Positions 33,291 to 45,243 of a DNA stretch of 64,000 bases are shown here, piece after piece. The position numbers were made by a program, and so were the translations under genes. The DNA is from Naegleria gruberi (Eukaryota): the NCBI GenBank assembly GCA_000004985.1, contig GG738870.1; one strand, written 5' to 3'. Within the stretch, counting starts at the first letter, position 1, and each line of letters starts with the position of its first letter. The notes below the pieces were generated by a model. That model worked only from the letters and a program-made list of their open reading frames with translations. It was not told where the DNA came from and did no database searches.

Positions 33291-35745
33291 TTATTGACAC
33301 ATATTTTCTGCTCTCCATGTAAATGCTTTAGTAACAGGTGGATAAAGAGCTGCCAAAAGAGCCAAAGTAAGATAAATCAAATAAAGTCCGATCAAATAAA
33401 CACCATACAGTTTTGGAGCTCTGAATTTGAAAGCAGGAACAACAATCACGGATGAAATTAGTGATATCAGCAAGAAAATGAATGAAACATTAACTGTTGG
33501 ATCTTCAGTGAGAGGGAAGCAGAACTTTGTCAACTGTATAGGATTAAATGTTAAGGCAACAAATAAACCGATCAATAAATTAAGCATAGGTCCAGCAAAT
33601 ACAGCACCCAGAGCCATACTAGGATATCCTTGCTTTGAAATCACAATATCTTCAAGTCCAAATATTAAAAACACATCTAAATTAATAATTACTTACCAGC
33701 AATCATATCTGAGATTGAATTTCCCCAAGACAAAACTGTAATAGCCAATACTGAGGTTGGAATGCCAACACTCAAACCTACTGCATCCAAAACATCCAAT
33801 AATTCATTTGCAACAATAAATATCCAAAAGATACACATTGGGAATGCAAACACAACAAATATTGGATGATATCTTGGAGGCTTATTTCTTCTTGTGGTAA
33901 AGAAAATAATAACAGAGAAGAAACTACCCACAATAATCAATATCACAGCAACTGGGAAAACTCCTCCAATCAAAAATATAAACTTATCATAACCAGGTAA
34001 TATCAAGATAAATAGTGGTGAAAATACTGGAATACACATAGCAAACCACTTGTTCCATTCTTCATCTTCACTCTTTGGAATAGTCAAATTTCTCAACAAA
34101 ATCCAAACCCATTCAAATAAGATGAAAGTAATCTTTTGGTACCAAGCCATGTCTGACCATCCAATAGAATCCAAAAACATTAAAACGTATTTCTTTGAGC
34201 CCTTTACCTCTTTCTCTTCTCCTTCCTTATCAGTAGGTTCTTGAACCTTTCTATCACTATTTTCATTTTGGAAATAATCAGTGATAATATATTTGTGTTC
34301 CTTTTCTTCGCCTTCAACATGTTCAGTTTTCTTTGATTCAATGATACCAACTTTAGGAATGTAATATCTTGAAGTAGCAACACGATCCAATGATTTGCTA
34401 TCCTTTACAGAAACTTCCTTGAATATGTCATTTCTAATAAATGTATGTCTCCATCCAGCCCATTGCTCTTCTTCTTCAGATTCACTTCCAGTATCTTCCT
34501 CAACTACTGCCTTGGCATCTGTGTCGATAAGTTCCACTTCTTGGTGTGTATTTTCTGGATTTTGAGAGGTTTGATCATTTTCAGTTTCAGATGGTGTTTG
34601 CTCTTGTGGGATTGAAATGTTGGAAGCCTCCCCTTCACCACTTCCTTCAATCAATCTTTGGCCAAGAGCAGTTTTTTGAAGCTTTGAGGCCTTTTGAGGG
34701 AGCCCCTTAAGTCTTTCTCTTCTTGCTTTGATTCTCTTGTAAACAATTCTTCCAATAATTACTGTTGATACATATACTACATAGATCAATACACAAATGA
34801 TTGATTCCCAAATGAATACTCTTCCGTCAATGTATAAATAAAAAGTGTATGCAACACTAACAATATAAAAGATAACATCTCTAATGAATGGTCTTCTTGC
34901 CAATCCTTTCACATCTGATAAAAGAACAATACCAGCCATAACACAAGATGTCACAAATGTACCACTACCAACTGGTTCACCAACACCAAATTCTGTGTTA
35001 CCATTTGCTACAATACCTACAATCTAATCGAATAATTTTAATTCATTAATATTTCAAGAGATTTTAGAGAACTTACAATAGATGAAAGATCTGTAATTTG
35101 TGTTAAAAAAACTCTATAAAATTCAAGAAACAACTTACCAGGAGCACCATTACCCAAAGCTAAAAGTGTAATACCAGCAAGGTTTGGAGAGAGGTTCAAA
35201 TAATTTGAAATTTTGATAAGGGAAGGTGAAAAGTATGCTTCTGCAGTATCACCCAACAAGTAGAAACATATCAGGACCACAAGAACAGCCAAAATATAAA
35301 AGACTGCTGGAGCCTCATGCAAATCTGTGCAATGAAGCAATTGGAGATACTTGTTGTCTGTGGCACATCCCGATTGATTCCAACTCAGATAACTACATGT
35401 CATATTATAAGGAACCGAGTCAAAATCACAACTTGTGGAAGCATTAATAGATATAAAGTATTGAATCAACACATCCTCATCATCATTTGTATTATTCTTA
35501 GCATCCATAACACTTTCAATCGAATAGTAGTTATTTAATGAATAGTAATCCCTTTGAAAGGATGGAAAATCTGGAATATATTCCCTAGAACTGGCATCCC
35601 TTAATATTGGTGCGTTGGTATGGGAAAAGATCAAGCTTATTCCCAGTGCAAGAGCAGAAACAACGCAGAGAAATAACAATTTGTACATCCACCATCTGTG
35701 TTTTTGCTCCTTTCTAATGCTCGTTCCGTGCAATACACTAACCAT
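33291..35745 (-). CDS. Sodium/calcium exchanger of the NCKX/CCX family (Na_Ca_ex, two alpha repeats). Three exons: 35139..35745, 33697..35016 and 33291..33649.
   Basis: Alpha-1 repeat GDTAEAYFSPSLIKISNYLNLSPNLAGITLLALGNGAPG | IVANGNTEFGVGEPVGSGTF. Alpha-2 repeat AVGLSVGIPTSVLAITVLSWGNSISDMIAG | DIVISKQGYPSMALGAVFAGPMLNLLIGL. Two GTAAGT donors (plus-strand ACTTAC) at the exon ends. A large acidic cytoplasmic loop lies between the TM bundles. Confidence 0.7.
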
Positions 35746-36316
35746 TGTGTTAAGATAATAATCAAGCTATTCAATCCTCAGCAAAAAAACCCTTGATGAC
35801 TCGGTGATGGGATTGAGGCCTTTTTTGTTTTGCTTGCGGATCTGTGTGCGCGCACGATTTTTGCCTTATTACTTGAAGGGGTGTAGAAACAGTAAAAATT
35901 AAAGAGTCGAGTGGCTGTTTTCATGTCAAGTGAAAAATTTGTTTTCTTTAATTGATCAAGAAACTAGGCCTATGCAAAGTAATATTAGTGTGGATCCTCT
36001 TAAATTGATCATCAATGCATCCTGTTATTCACTCCAACAGTCCTCCGATCACTCAGAAAATCATCACACAATTAAACCTCCAATATCAAAATAATACATC
36101 ACTCAAAAACTGGTCCATGTTCTTTTTAAGTTATTTCACCATAGTGTGTTCTTCTTGAACTCGAGTTTTGATTTTTGTTTTTAAAATAAAATTGAAAAAA
36201 ATAGCCAACTCTAACGTTTTTGGATCCTTCATTGAAACCATATATTAAATTATTATTATAATTATCGGTTCCGATTGGTTGGCATAATTCAATATTTAAA
36301 ACGTTAATGATCAATA

Positions 36317-37934
36317 ATGGGAAGCTCCGACTATAAAACAAAATTTTCCATCAAGACTGTAGATTCTAACAATCAAACAGTAATTAAATCATTGGAAATA
36401 ACAATAACAAAGGACGATGAAGGACATTACATTCCACAACCAAACTTTTTTACGTGTTGTAGAAAAGGAGATCATGAAACTTTAAAATTATTAATTGAAG
36501 GATTTAAACACGGTTCGCTGACAATGGAAAATATATTGGCAAATAATAAGGATGAAGATAGTACTCATTCGTTTAGTATTTCGGGATTACATATTTTAAC
36601 AAAAATAGCTTCCTTCTTTTATGGAGGAAAATCAGATTCTTCAAGCTCGAGTGTTACCAACTTTCTATCACCCCATGGAAAGAATAGAAGTTTTCAAAGA
36701 TCTCCGCTGCATTATGCCTGTAGATTTGGTCACTTGGAATGTGTAAAATTACTGATCAATGAAGTATCACAACTTCAATTATTAGGTAAGTAGCAAATCA
36801 AATAGCTCATAAATTGACTTATTCATTTCTCCAGGAGAAACTTGTAACAAGTGGACAATTATACACGAATGTGCGAGATTTGGCCGAGTAGATGTATTAG
36901 CATTCCTCTTCTCACATCCTAGGACCATGGAATTTTGTAAAGCAATGTGCTCTAAAGCAACCAAGTTTGGAAGCACACCTCTTCATCTATCGTGCAAGTA
37001 TCGTTACTCTGATACTGCACAATTCCTCTCATCACAATTTATACCCTTCGATAAGATTAGTGTTTCAAGACAACAAAGCTTTCTTCATGTTGCTATTGAA
37101 GAAAAATTGAAACCTTTTGCTGTGGATTTTTTATCTCAATTTATGGCCAACTCTCCAATCACTCATATGAATAGAAAAACTATAATTAATATTGTGGAAT
37201 TGATATGCTCGAAAGATCAATTCAAAACTAATACATTACAATATGCAGCAGCAAAGCCATCAGATCAAATGTATGAAACATTGCTGAGTGCATTAACAAT
37301 TTTACATGAATATATGGAAAATGCTGGAATTGTAAGAAACTTGGTCGGATTGGATTTGGCTGGAAACAGTGTATTGCACTATGCTATGGGAGGAAATAGC
37401 ATGAAATGTGCTTCACTAATCTATCACTATTATTTATTGAGTATTTACCGTAGTAATCCCAACAGTATTGTGATAACTAATCGTAACATTAATGTAAACC
37501 ATGAACTTTTACATTCAAATAATAATCCAATGAATACTCAATCTGGTGTCATGAGACACTCACCACTTTTCCTTGCCTGTAAATATAACCACTCGAAACT
37601 CTTACAAAAATTCCTTCTATTTTACAAAGATGAAATTTATCAAATAGATTCTCAGAAACATTTACAACTGCTATACGAGGGAAACGAATCAAAATATGTA
37701 AAGACTGCACTGTATGACTTTTTAAAAATCAAATCTCAGGAAGAATTTGATTTTATTCTCCAATCATGGAAACAAATTAAGGTAACAGGAGTTGTTGATA
37801 GAATGGGTCATTCACCCTCCAGAGTTAACAAAATCGATGAAAGTGATGAGGAATTACATGAGTTATTTGAGAACTTTAACAAGTGGAAAATTGACTCATC
37901 AATGGCTCCATCAGCATCACTTGCTTTGGAATAA
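36317..37934 (+). CDS. Ankyrin-repeat protein. Two exons, 36317..36785 and 36835..37934.
   Basis: ANK motifs SPLHYACRFGHLECVKLLINE, GETCNKWTIIHECARFGRVDVLAFLF and TPLHLSCKYRYSDTAQFL. A 49-nt intron GTAAGTAGC...TTCTCCAG keeps the frame. Confidence 0.65.
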
Positions 37935-38164
37935 AATTTGGTTGTTGTGTGTTAAAAATATTTCCCTTCCCGCTCTAGGTGCTGATTGTTTGCAGTGATG
38001 AGGATCATACTTCACTTGGTGTGTAATAATTACACCATTAAATTCAAAATAAATACTAGGTGTAATACTAGTCTTTTAATTTTACATCCTATATTGTGTT
38101 TTTAGGCTTGTTGGAGGGAGTCTCTATTGTAAACCTCAAAAAATATTTTTGCAAGTAATAAAAA

Positions 38165-38521
38165 ATGTCCAGAGAGATTCGCCCTACCGACTTTGACAAC
38201 AAGTTTTTGCATCAAATCAAGTTGAAGGAATTGCCAAAATTCCTCGTTCAACATGCTAACTTGAACGGTGTCTTCAGATTCAACGCTTTCGTCACTAGAA
38301 ACCTTCCTCATCTTTCCTTCAAGCCAACCAGATGGCGTTTCCCTCTTCTTTTTGTTGCTGTTCTCGGTTATCCAGGTTATATTAGAGCTTTCGTTTCTAA
38401 CGATAGAACAAGTGATGCTCTCATCAACGCTAGATTTGGAGATGAAATTAACAATATGACTGAATATCAAAAGAACTACATCAAGACTCGTGTTTTGAAG
38501 ATTATGGCTGAAAACAGATAA
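38165..38521 (+). CDS. Small hypothetical protein of 118 aa with one hydrophobic segment.
   Basis: Complete ATG-initiated ORF. PLLFVAVLGYPGYIRAF is a hydrophobic segment. Function not assignable. Confidence 0.4.
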   Translation: MSREIRPTDFDNKFLHQIKLKELPKFLVQHANLNGVFRFNAFVTRNLPHLSFKPTRWRFPLLFVAVLGYPGYIRAFVSNDRTSDALINARFGDEINNMTEYQKNYIKTRVLKIMAENR

Positions 38522-39346
38522 ATTAGTTTTGTATTATTCAGAAGAATTTAAATTTTCTCTTCACCGAGAATAATAATCGGTGATTTTAGATTATTCCGTG
38601 TCCTTTTATCAATAAACAAGGGTTTGTTTTATTTAAAAACCTGATGTGATGATATTAATTGAAGAGAATAATGAAGCAAAATTGAAAATATTAACAAAAG
38701 GAGAGAATCATCACAGTGATGATGATGACAATCTAAATATACAATCAATGGAAAACAAGACTGCCACTCCTCAACAACATAAGATAACACACCCCATCGG
38801 CTTCAACCACACAAAAACATCAAGTCTATCAAAATAGGGTGCTAAAAAACAAAAAAAATGATTGGCAGAAACAAGTAAGTAACTGATGCAAGTTACAGAT
38901 TTGGCCGACTCACACTCAAATAACATCATTATCTAACCGGTTGTCTATTTGCATATCCATTCATTACTCAATGTTTTAAATGTTCTCTCATCATTTGATG
39001 AAGACACCTCATCACTTCTCTCGGAAAGCATAATCTAAAAAAAAATCAGTCAATCCTCTCTTCTGTAAGCCACCGTTCACAACCAGCTTTATCGGCAGCA
39101 ACACATTTGATTGATCAACAACAATTGGAAAGAAAAACCTCTACAACAACATCACTCTCTTGTAAAAATTATCACACCAATATTAGTGGTTCAATTCCTT
39201 CTAATTGTAATTTACCAAGCCAACCTCGTAGTAGAAATACAAACAAAACACTAAAAGTAAGAGGAGATTCATCACTCATCACAACTAGTACTAAACAACA
39301 AAGAAATATATCAACATTTGTTTTTGACGAAGACGACGACGAAGAA

Positions 39347-41329
39347 ATGATTCAAAATAATTTGGTTTTTGATTTAACTCCTGAACAAATTGAAAAGGAA
39401 ACTGCTGCCTTAATTGAAAAATCAAGAGCTGTTCATGATTCTGTTGCAAAGCTTGCAGAATCTGAAAGAACTTTCCAATCAGTCGTTTTACCAATTGCTC
39501 AAGATGAAGCCTACTTCTCTGTACATGAAAATAATGTCACATTCCCTTCATATGTTAGTCCAGATAAAGCAGTCAGAGATGCTGCTTCTGCTGCTGAAGA
39601 AAAAATTTCAGAATTCACCATTGATATTTTGATGCGTGAGGATGTGTATAGAGCTGTTAAATATGTTTCTGATAAGATGCAATCTGAATTGGAAAAGTAT
39701 GACGAAGAAGATAAGAGACTTGTGAAGAGAATTCTCAGGGATTACGAAAGAAATGGATTGGGATTACCAGAAGATAAGAGAGCAGTTGTAAAGGATTTGA
39801 AGAATCAACTTTCCAAGTTGTGCATTCAATTCACCAAGAATGTTTCTGAAGATAAGACTGTCCTCCATTTCACAAAGGAAGAATTGGATGGAGTTCCAGA
39901 AGATGTCATTAATGACTTTAAGGTCTCTGAAGAAGATCCAAATAAGAGGGTTGTCTCAATGAAATATCCAGAAGTAATGCCAGTCATGAAATACTGTAAA
40001 GTTGAAGAAACAAGACGTAGATTGGATGTTGCTCGTTCTTCACAATGCCAAGAAGCTAACGTTCCATTGTTCGAACAAGCTGTCAAGATTAGACAAAAGA
40101 TTGCAGAAATTATGGGTTTCAAGACTCACTCTCACTATGTTTTGGATGTCAACATGGCTACTCCAGATGAAGTTTTAACCTTCTTGTACAATCTCAGAGA
40201 TAGACTTTTGGATGGTGGTAAACAAGAACTTGAAGTACTCAAACAATTGAAAGGATCTGAAGTTTTCTCATGGGATTACCTCTACTTGTTGACCAAGCTC
40301 AAGGAAGAACAATACAGTGTCGATGATAACTTGATTAAGGAATATTTCCCATTGGATTATACTCTTGATGGTTTACTGAGTATTGCTCAAGAAACTTTCT
40401 CTCTCAAGTTTGAAGAAGTTAAGGATGCTAAGGTCTGGTTTGAAGGTGTTAAATTATACAATGTTTTTGACAAGGAAACTGATGATCATTTGGGTCAATT
40501 CTATTTGGACTTTTTCGCTAGAGATGGCAAGTATAGCCACTTTGCTGCCTTCCCACTTTCTCCTCACTACTTTGATGCTGAAGGAAAGGAACAATTCCCA
40601 GTCACTGCCATGGTTTGTAACTTTACCAAACCATCAGCTGAAACTGGTGTCTCCCTCTTGAAGCATGATGAAGTCATCACATTACTCCATGAATTCGGTC
40701 ACTTGACTCACGGATTCTTGTCTAAGACTAAGTATGCTAGATTCAGTGGTACTCGTGTAGAAAGAGACTTTGTTGAAATGCCTTCTCAATTCATGGAAGG
40801 TTATGGATGGGAGACTCAAGGTTTGAAGAGATTGTCATCTCACTATAAGACTGGAGAAAAACTTCCAGATGATCTCATCAAGAAGATGATTGATGCCAAG
40901 AATGTTGGTGTTTCACTTTTCAACTTGCGTCAATTGTTCTTTGGTATCTTTGATATGACTTGCCATACTTTTACTTCTGCTGAAGAAGCTGAAAAGCTTG
41001 ACAGTGGTGCTTTGTGGAGAAAGCTTAGAAGAGAGGTTACCTTATTGGAAAATCCAGAAGGTACTAACGGAGTTGCTTCATTTGGGCATCTCATGGGTGG
41101 CTACGATTCTGGATATTATGGATATTTGTACTCTGAAGTTTTCTCTACTGACATGTTTGGAGAATTCAAGAAGCAAGGTATCTTCAATCCAGAAATTGGT
41201 AAGAAGTACAGAAAGCTCATTTTACAAAGAGGAGGATCTAAGGATGGTGGTGTCATGTTGAGAGAATTTTTGGGTAGAGAACCATCTCAAGATGCCTTCT
41301 TGGAAGATATTGGTTTGCTTAAGAAATAA
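39347..41329 (+). CDS. Thimet oligopeptidase / neurolysin / saccharolysin family metallopeptidase (M3A). Single exon.
   Basis: HEXXH zinc site LLHEFGHLTHGF. Conserved M3 C-terminal region GHLMGGYDSGYYGYLYSEVFSTDMF...GGSKDGGVMLREFLGREPSQDAFL. The first in-frame ATG at 39347 gives MIQNNLVFDLTPEQIEKETAALIEK, matching THOP1 N-termini. The ORF track starts further upstream at a TTG. Confidence 0.85.
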   Translation: MIQNNLVFDLTPEQIEKETAALIEKSRAVHDSVAKLAESERTFQSVVLPIAQDEAYFSVHENNVTFPSYVSPDKAVRDAASAAEEKISEFTIDILMREDVYRAVKYVSDKMQSELEKYDEEDKRLVKRILRDYERNGLGLPEDKRAVVKDLKNQLSKLCIQFTKNVSEDKTVLHFTKEELDGVPEDVINDFKVSEEDPNKRVVSMKYPEVMPVMKYCKVEETRRRLDVARSSQCQEANVPLFEQAVKIRQKIAEIMGFKTHSHYVLDVNMATPDEVLTFLYNLRDRLLDGGKQELEVLKQLKGSEVFSWDYLYLLTKLKEEQYSVDDNLIKEYFPLDYTLDGLLSIAQETFSLKFEEVKDAKVWFEGVKLYNVFDKETDDHLGQFYLDFFARDGKYSHFAAFPLSPHYFDAEGKEQFPVTAMVCNFTKPSAETGVSLLKHDEVITLLHEFGHLTHGFLSKTKYARFSGTRVERDFVEMPSQFMEGYGWETQGLKRLSSHYKTGEKLPDDLIKKMIDAKNVGVSLFNLRQLFFGIFDMTCHTFTSAEEAEKLDSGALWRKLRREVTLLENPEGTNGVASFGHLMGGYDSGYYGYLYSEVFSTDMFGEFKKQGIFNPEIGKKYRKLILQRGGSKDGGVMLREFLGREPSQDAFLEDIGLLKK

Positions 41330-41350
41330 ATCATGCTTGTATTGATGTTC

Positions 41351-41425
41351 TATTGTAAGTTTCCAGAAAGCGTTTACGTGAAAAGTTTGATGCGAACTTT
41401 TGGCGCTTTCTGGAAACTTACAATA
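41351..41425. repeat. Near-perfect palindrome of 75 nt (22-bp arms plus a 7-bp inner stem) immediately 3' of the oligopeptidase stop codon. Either a hairpin/terminator-like element or a transposon remnant.
   Basis: Left arm TATTGTAAGTTTCCAGAAAGCG (41351..41372) is an exact reverse complement of right arm CGCTTTCTGGAAACTTACAATA (41404..41425). Inner pair AAAAGTT/AACTTTT. Confidence 0.5.
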
Positions 41426-41536
41426 ACATTGTATTTCCAGTAGTAACTCGAAAAAAATGTCAAAACCCACAGCGACAATGCTAAAAAGATAAAGGTAGCA
41501 TCATCTATTCTCGATTTACTAGACGAATTTTCGCAC

Positions 41537-43362
41537 ATGACCACTTTTTTAAATATCGGAGAGGTGATCATGTTGAGTTTGTCATGTAAATTAATCAACA
41601 AATTATTGAATGAACATATTCAAGCAATTCATCCCTATGTTAACACTCCATTTGGATGGTCAATTGGTCGCGCTTTACAGACACATCGAAAATTAGTGGT
41701 TAACACAAAGTCAATTGGACGAGTTAACAGAATATTTGATGAAGTGATTGAAAAGAATGAACCATTTTCTAAATTAGCTAGCCTAGTTGAGGTGAATGGA
41801 ATTGATGACAACATTTTCAAATTATTTTCCAAACCAACTAATCAACCAAAGGAAAATGTGAAATTTGTTCAACTTTCATGTGAAATAGATGAATCATCAT
41901 CCAGTTATTAAAACCCATTAAAATGTAAGAAATTTAGAGAGGAATCAATAATAGAAAGAAGTTTGACATCAACACCAATTGGTTTCGATGTGAAGAAGTT
42001 AGTACTAAATGAAGTGGAATTTCACAGGCCAGAGATTTACAAAATCCTGTCTCAATTTCTTTCTTTAGAAAGATTGAGTATCTCAATAATGCCAAGTCCA
42101 AATATTGTTGACGAGAGTTTCTCAATTGAAGTACCAGTACTGCAATCTTTAAAGTATCTCCATTTCGAGAAGAATTCGTTCAACTATGATGAAGATTTGG
42201 AGCTCAAGACTGCTTATGATTTGATCAAGCTTGCTCCCAATCTGGAGTATTTGGAGATTTTTTATATATAGTGACGATACAACTGTAAAGGTGTGGGATA
42301 CTTGGACTGGAAAGTGTTTGAAAACATTTGGTGGACATGTTTCGAATGTTTTTGCAGTTTCATTCCTTAATGGAAATGATAATATGGTGATTAGTGGAGG
42401 AAATGATTCAGATATTCTAACCTTTTGGTAATGACTTTCTTTCATTTCTCTCTGAAAAATGTCCTAATTTGAAAGGAATTTATATTGAAGTGAGTGGAGA
42501 TGCTGAAGATTTGAATTTCACTCATGAAGGAATTCTTCAATTCTTGAAGAAGGTACGAAAAATTTGAATATTTGAAATTTTCAAACTGTCAACAAGTTAG
42601 TGCAGAATTATTTTCTGAAATTGGACAATTTAATAACTTGAGATTTTTCTGAAGCACTTTCAACTGATAACAAATCTCAAGTTAAATTTGGTGGAGGAAC
42701 TCTTCACAAGTTGGAGCATTTCAATTGTGGTGGCATAATTCTATGCATTGATGAGGACGAGAATTTCATCAAATCATTCTTAAAGATGGCACCAAACATT
42801 AAGGATATTGGATCTCTTGGTATTATGCTTGGAAAGGAATGTTTGGATTTTTTTTTCCACTTTTAACTGTATTCCCCTTAATTGAAGGTGATACTTTCAT
42901 TTGTGTAAAAGAATGGTTAAAGAAATCTACAATTTTAGAGGAATTGGAGCTTAACACAAATTTGTTTGATTCACACCAATTAAATCCAATCCCATCTGTT
43001 AAGAAGCTCTCTACCAAATGTAGACAAGCATTCGAGATTTGGCTCGATTATTTCCTTCACTTACAGAACTTGACTTTATTCCTACCACTAGTGAAGAAAC
43101 GGAATTAATGGATATTTTAGAGAAGGGGCAATGGCCTAATCTGAAACAATTAAAATGTTTACAACAGTTGTCTAATAGGAAGAAACTGTTGACCATTAGG
43201 CCAAATCTGTATGGAGATAGAGTTAATGAATGTTTCGAGGATTTCAGAAAATATTGCAAGATTAAGGATGAAACTCTTCAATTTGAAAAGGAATGGCTGA
43301 TATTGGATGAATTTGAACAGGACTTTAATAAGACGGCAATGATTAAATTTATGAAAATATAA
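41537..43362 (+). CDS. Complex multi-exon F-box/LRR-like locus with an unresolved exon structure and a possible pseudogene. The 41537..41911 and 41963..42271 ORFs are in the same frame and can be joined by a 36-nt intron. Further LRR-like exons extend to about 43362.
   Basis: LRR-like stretches: LSLERLSISIMPSPNIVDESFSIEVPVLQSLKYLHFEKN..., FLSEKCPNLKGIYIEVSGDAEDLNFTHEGILQFLKK and MARLFPSLTELDFIPTTSEE.... Several candidate GT..AG junctions. Frames change between segments. Confidence 0.3.
42231..42431 (+). pseudogene. Isolated WD40-repeat fragment (about 1.3 repeats) embedded in the LRR locus. Either a frame-shifted exon or a gene fragment.
   Basis: YSDDTTVKVWDTWTGKCLKTFGGHVSNVFAVSFLNGNDNMVISGGNDSDILTFW is a textbook WD40 unit (GH...V.S..F.....ISG..D..I..W). 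It lacks upstream and downstream repeats and is followed by a stop. Confidence 0.35.
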
Positions 43363-43459
43363 TAAAATTGGTTTATTTATTAAAATATCACTTGCTAAAA
43401 AAGGTATTTTCCAATTTTGTGTAAAATTTTGAAATTTCAAAATTTAAATAATATCCAGC

Positions 43460-44620
43460 TTATTTCAAAATGTAAACAGCAGAATTTTCCTTACTAGCAA
43501 CAACCAATTCACCATTTTGTCCATTGTAAGCAATTGCCAAATCACATCCATTGAAATTCTTTCCATCGACCTTTTCACAAATCTTGACACCAGATTCCTT
43601 TGTGATTAATTCAATTCTGCATTGTCCACTTGTCTTTTCAATACAGAAAATATCACCATTATCCAAGTGAATAATATCTCCAAGTCTTCCATAATTGTGA
43701 TTTCTATCGAGCTTGTTCAAGACTTTGCCCTTCTTTGACATGGAAACCAATTGATACTTGTTAGTTCCATCTCCAATACACAAATTTCCTTCCAAATCAA
43801 TTGAAACCATAGTTGCATTACTCAATAAACAATTACCATTTGAATCAGAACCCAAAGTATTAGTTACAGAACCATCCTTTCCATTCAAAACTCTAATATT
43901 TGCACTTCTATATTCACTAACAAGTAAATAAACAGTTGAATCACTATCAACACACAAATACAAGTCACCAGTTTCATTGTCAAATGACTTATTCCAGAAA
44001 ACAACCTTTCCATCAAGTGACATTTTAGTGACCCACTTTCTAGAATTACAAAAAACAATTGCATTATCATTGTAATCAATTCTCAAACAAGTAATGGTTT
44101 CTTCCTTAGGTGCCTTAAATTGATATTTGAACAAATGAGTTTTGGCATCGAATACATTAATAGTATAATGACATGCAACAAAAATCAATTGATTTTTAAC
44201 ATCAACTGCACATGTCATTGGATAATCCAAATTAATGTTAGTTTCGTCCTTATCGCCCAACTTGCAAACCTTTTTAAATTCACCACTGAATGGAACTGAT
44301 TTACAACCAACCATGGAAACTTTGTGTTGTGAAAGTTTTGGTGAACGATCGTGAATTTTCTTGTGTAAATCACACAATTTCACACCACCACATTCGGCAC
44401 ATTCGTATTGAGCTGGCCAAGTTTCTCCATGAAACTTTTCACAATGAGAACAGTTATTAGAATTCAAACTCTTCACTTGGGATGCATGATCCTTTGTTTT
44501 GGCAGATGAATTATGGAATGACAAGTGTCCTTCACAGAAATTTAATTTACATGTTGGACATGCATGAGTTGCTTCGGTTTTTTCATCATCTTGAGAACAT
44601 TTATCACAAAAGACAGTCAT
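43460..44620 (-). CDS. B-box zinc-finger plus NHL-repeat protein (TRIM-NHL-like without a RING). Single exon.
   Basis: Two Cys/His B-box-like clusters, CDKCSQDDEKTEATHACPTCKLNFCEGHLSFH and CSHCEKFHGETWPAQYECAECGGVKLCDLHKKIH. The C-terminal beta-propeller repeats are DLYLCVDSDSTVYLLVSE and GELVVASKENSAVYILK. ATG at plus 44618..44620. Confidence 0.65.
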   Translation of the reverse strand: MTVFCDKCSQDDEKTEATHACPTCKLNFCEGHLSFHNSSAKTKDHASQVKSLNSNNCSHCEKFHGETWPAQYECAECGGVKLCDLHKKIHDRSPKLSQHKVSMVGCKSVPFSGEFKKVCKLGDKDETNINLDYPMTCAVDVKNQLIFVACHYTINVFDAKTHLFKYQFKAPKEETITCLRIDYNDNAIVFCNSRKWVTKMSLDGKVVFWNKSFDNETGDLYLCVDSDSTVYLLVSEYRSANIRVLNGKDGSVTNTLGSDSNGNCLLSNATMVSIDLEGNLCIGDGTNKYQLVSMSKKGKVLNKLDRNHNYGRLGDIIHLDNGDIFCIEKTSGQCRIELITKESGVKICEKVDGKNFNGCDLAIAYNGQNGELVVASKENSAVYILK

Positions 44621-45243
44621 TTTGAGTTATTTTTTTTAAAATTTGTTGATTAGTAGTGAGCAGTGAATGATCCATGTTGGTTTAAATATGTCATGCAAAG
44701 GATTGTTTAGCTGTCAAAAGTCAGTGGTGAAAAATTGGTTAATAATTGAACTGATTGGAAGTCCTTTTTACTTAACTCCATATTTGGTTGGGGCAGTGAT
44801 AATCAACAAACTTCATAATGTAGTCATAGTACATGGGAATGCAAACAAGTTTTTTGAGATCTATTAAGTTTTCACATAGCACAGTTGACTGACTCAATTT
44901 TCCTAGGAGATCTGCAATGCAATCATATTCATTAGATTGTAATATTGATTTGTCCACAGATCTGATTACAAAGAATATGATCTACTATTTTAATGTTATT
45001 GTTAGAAAATTAAAAATTTTGCCAATTAAGGGTTTAGTTTTAATATTTCGAATAAAAACCTTAAACTATTTTCGAATATTTTAGAAATAATTATTATAAA
45101 GCATCAGAAAGAAAAAACCTCACATTTTTTTTGAATCAGTGAAGACAGAAATATCTCTCAATAGCCTCATTCCAACACCCATAAGAAAATGTTCTGACAT
45201 GTGAAATAACAAGTCAGCACTCAAAAAACAACTTTAAAAAAAA

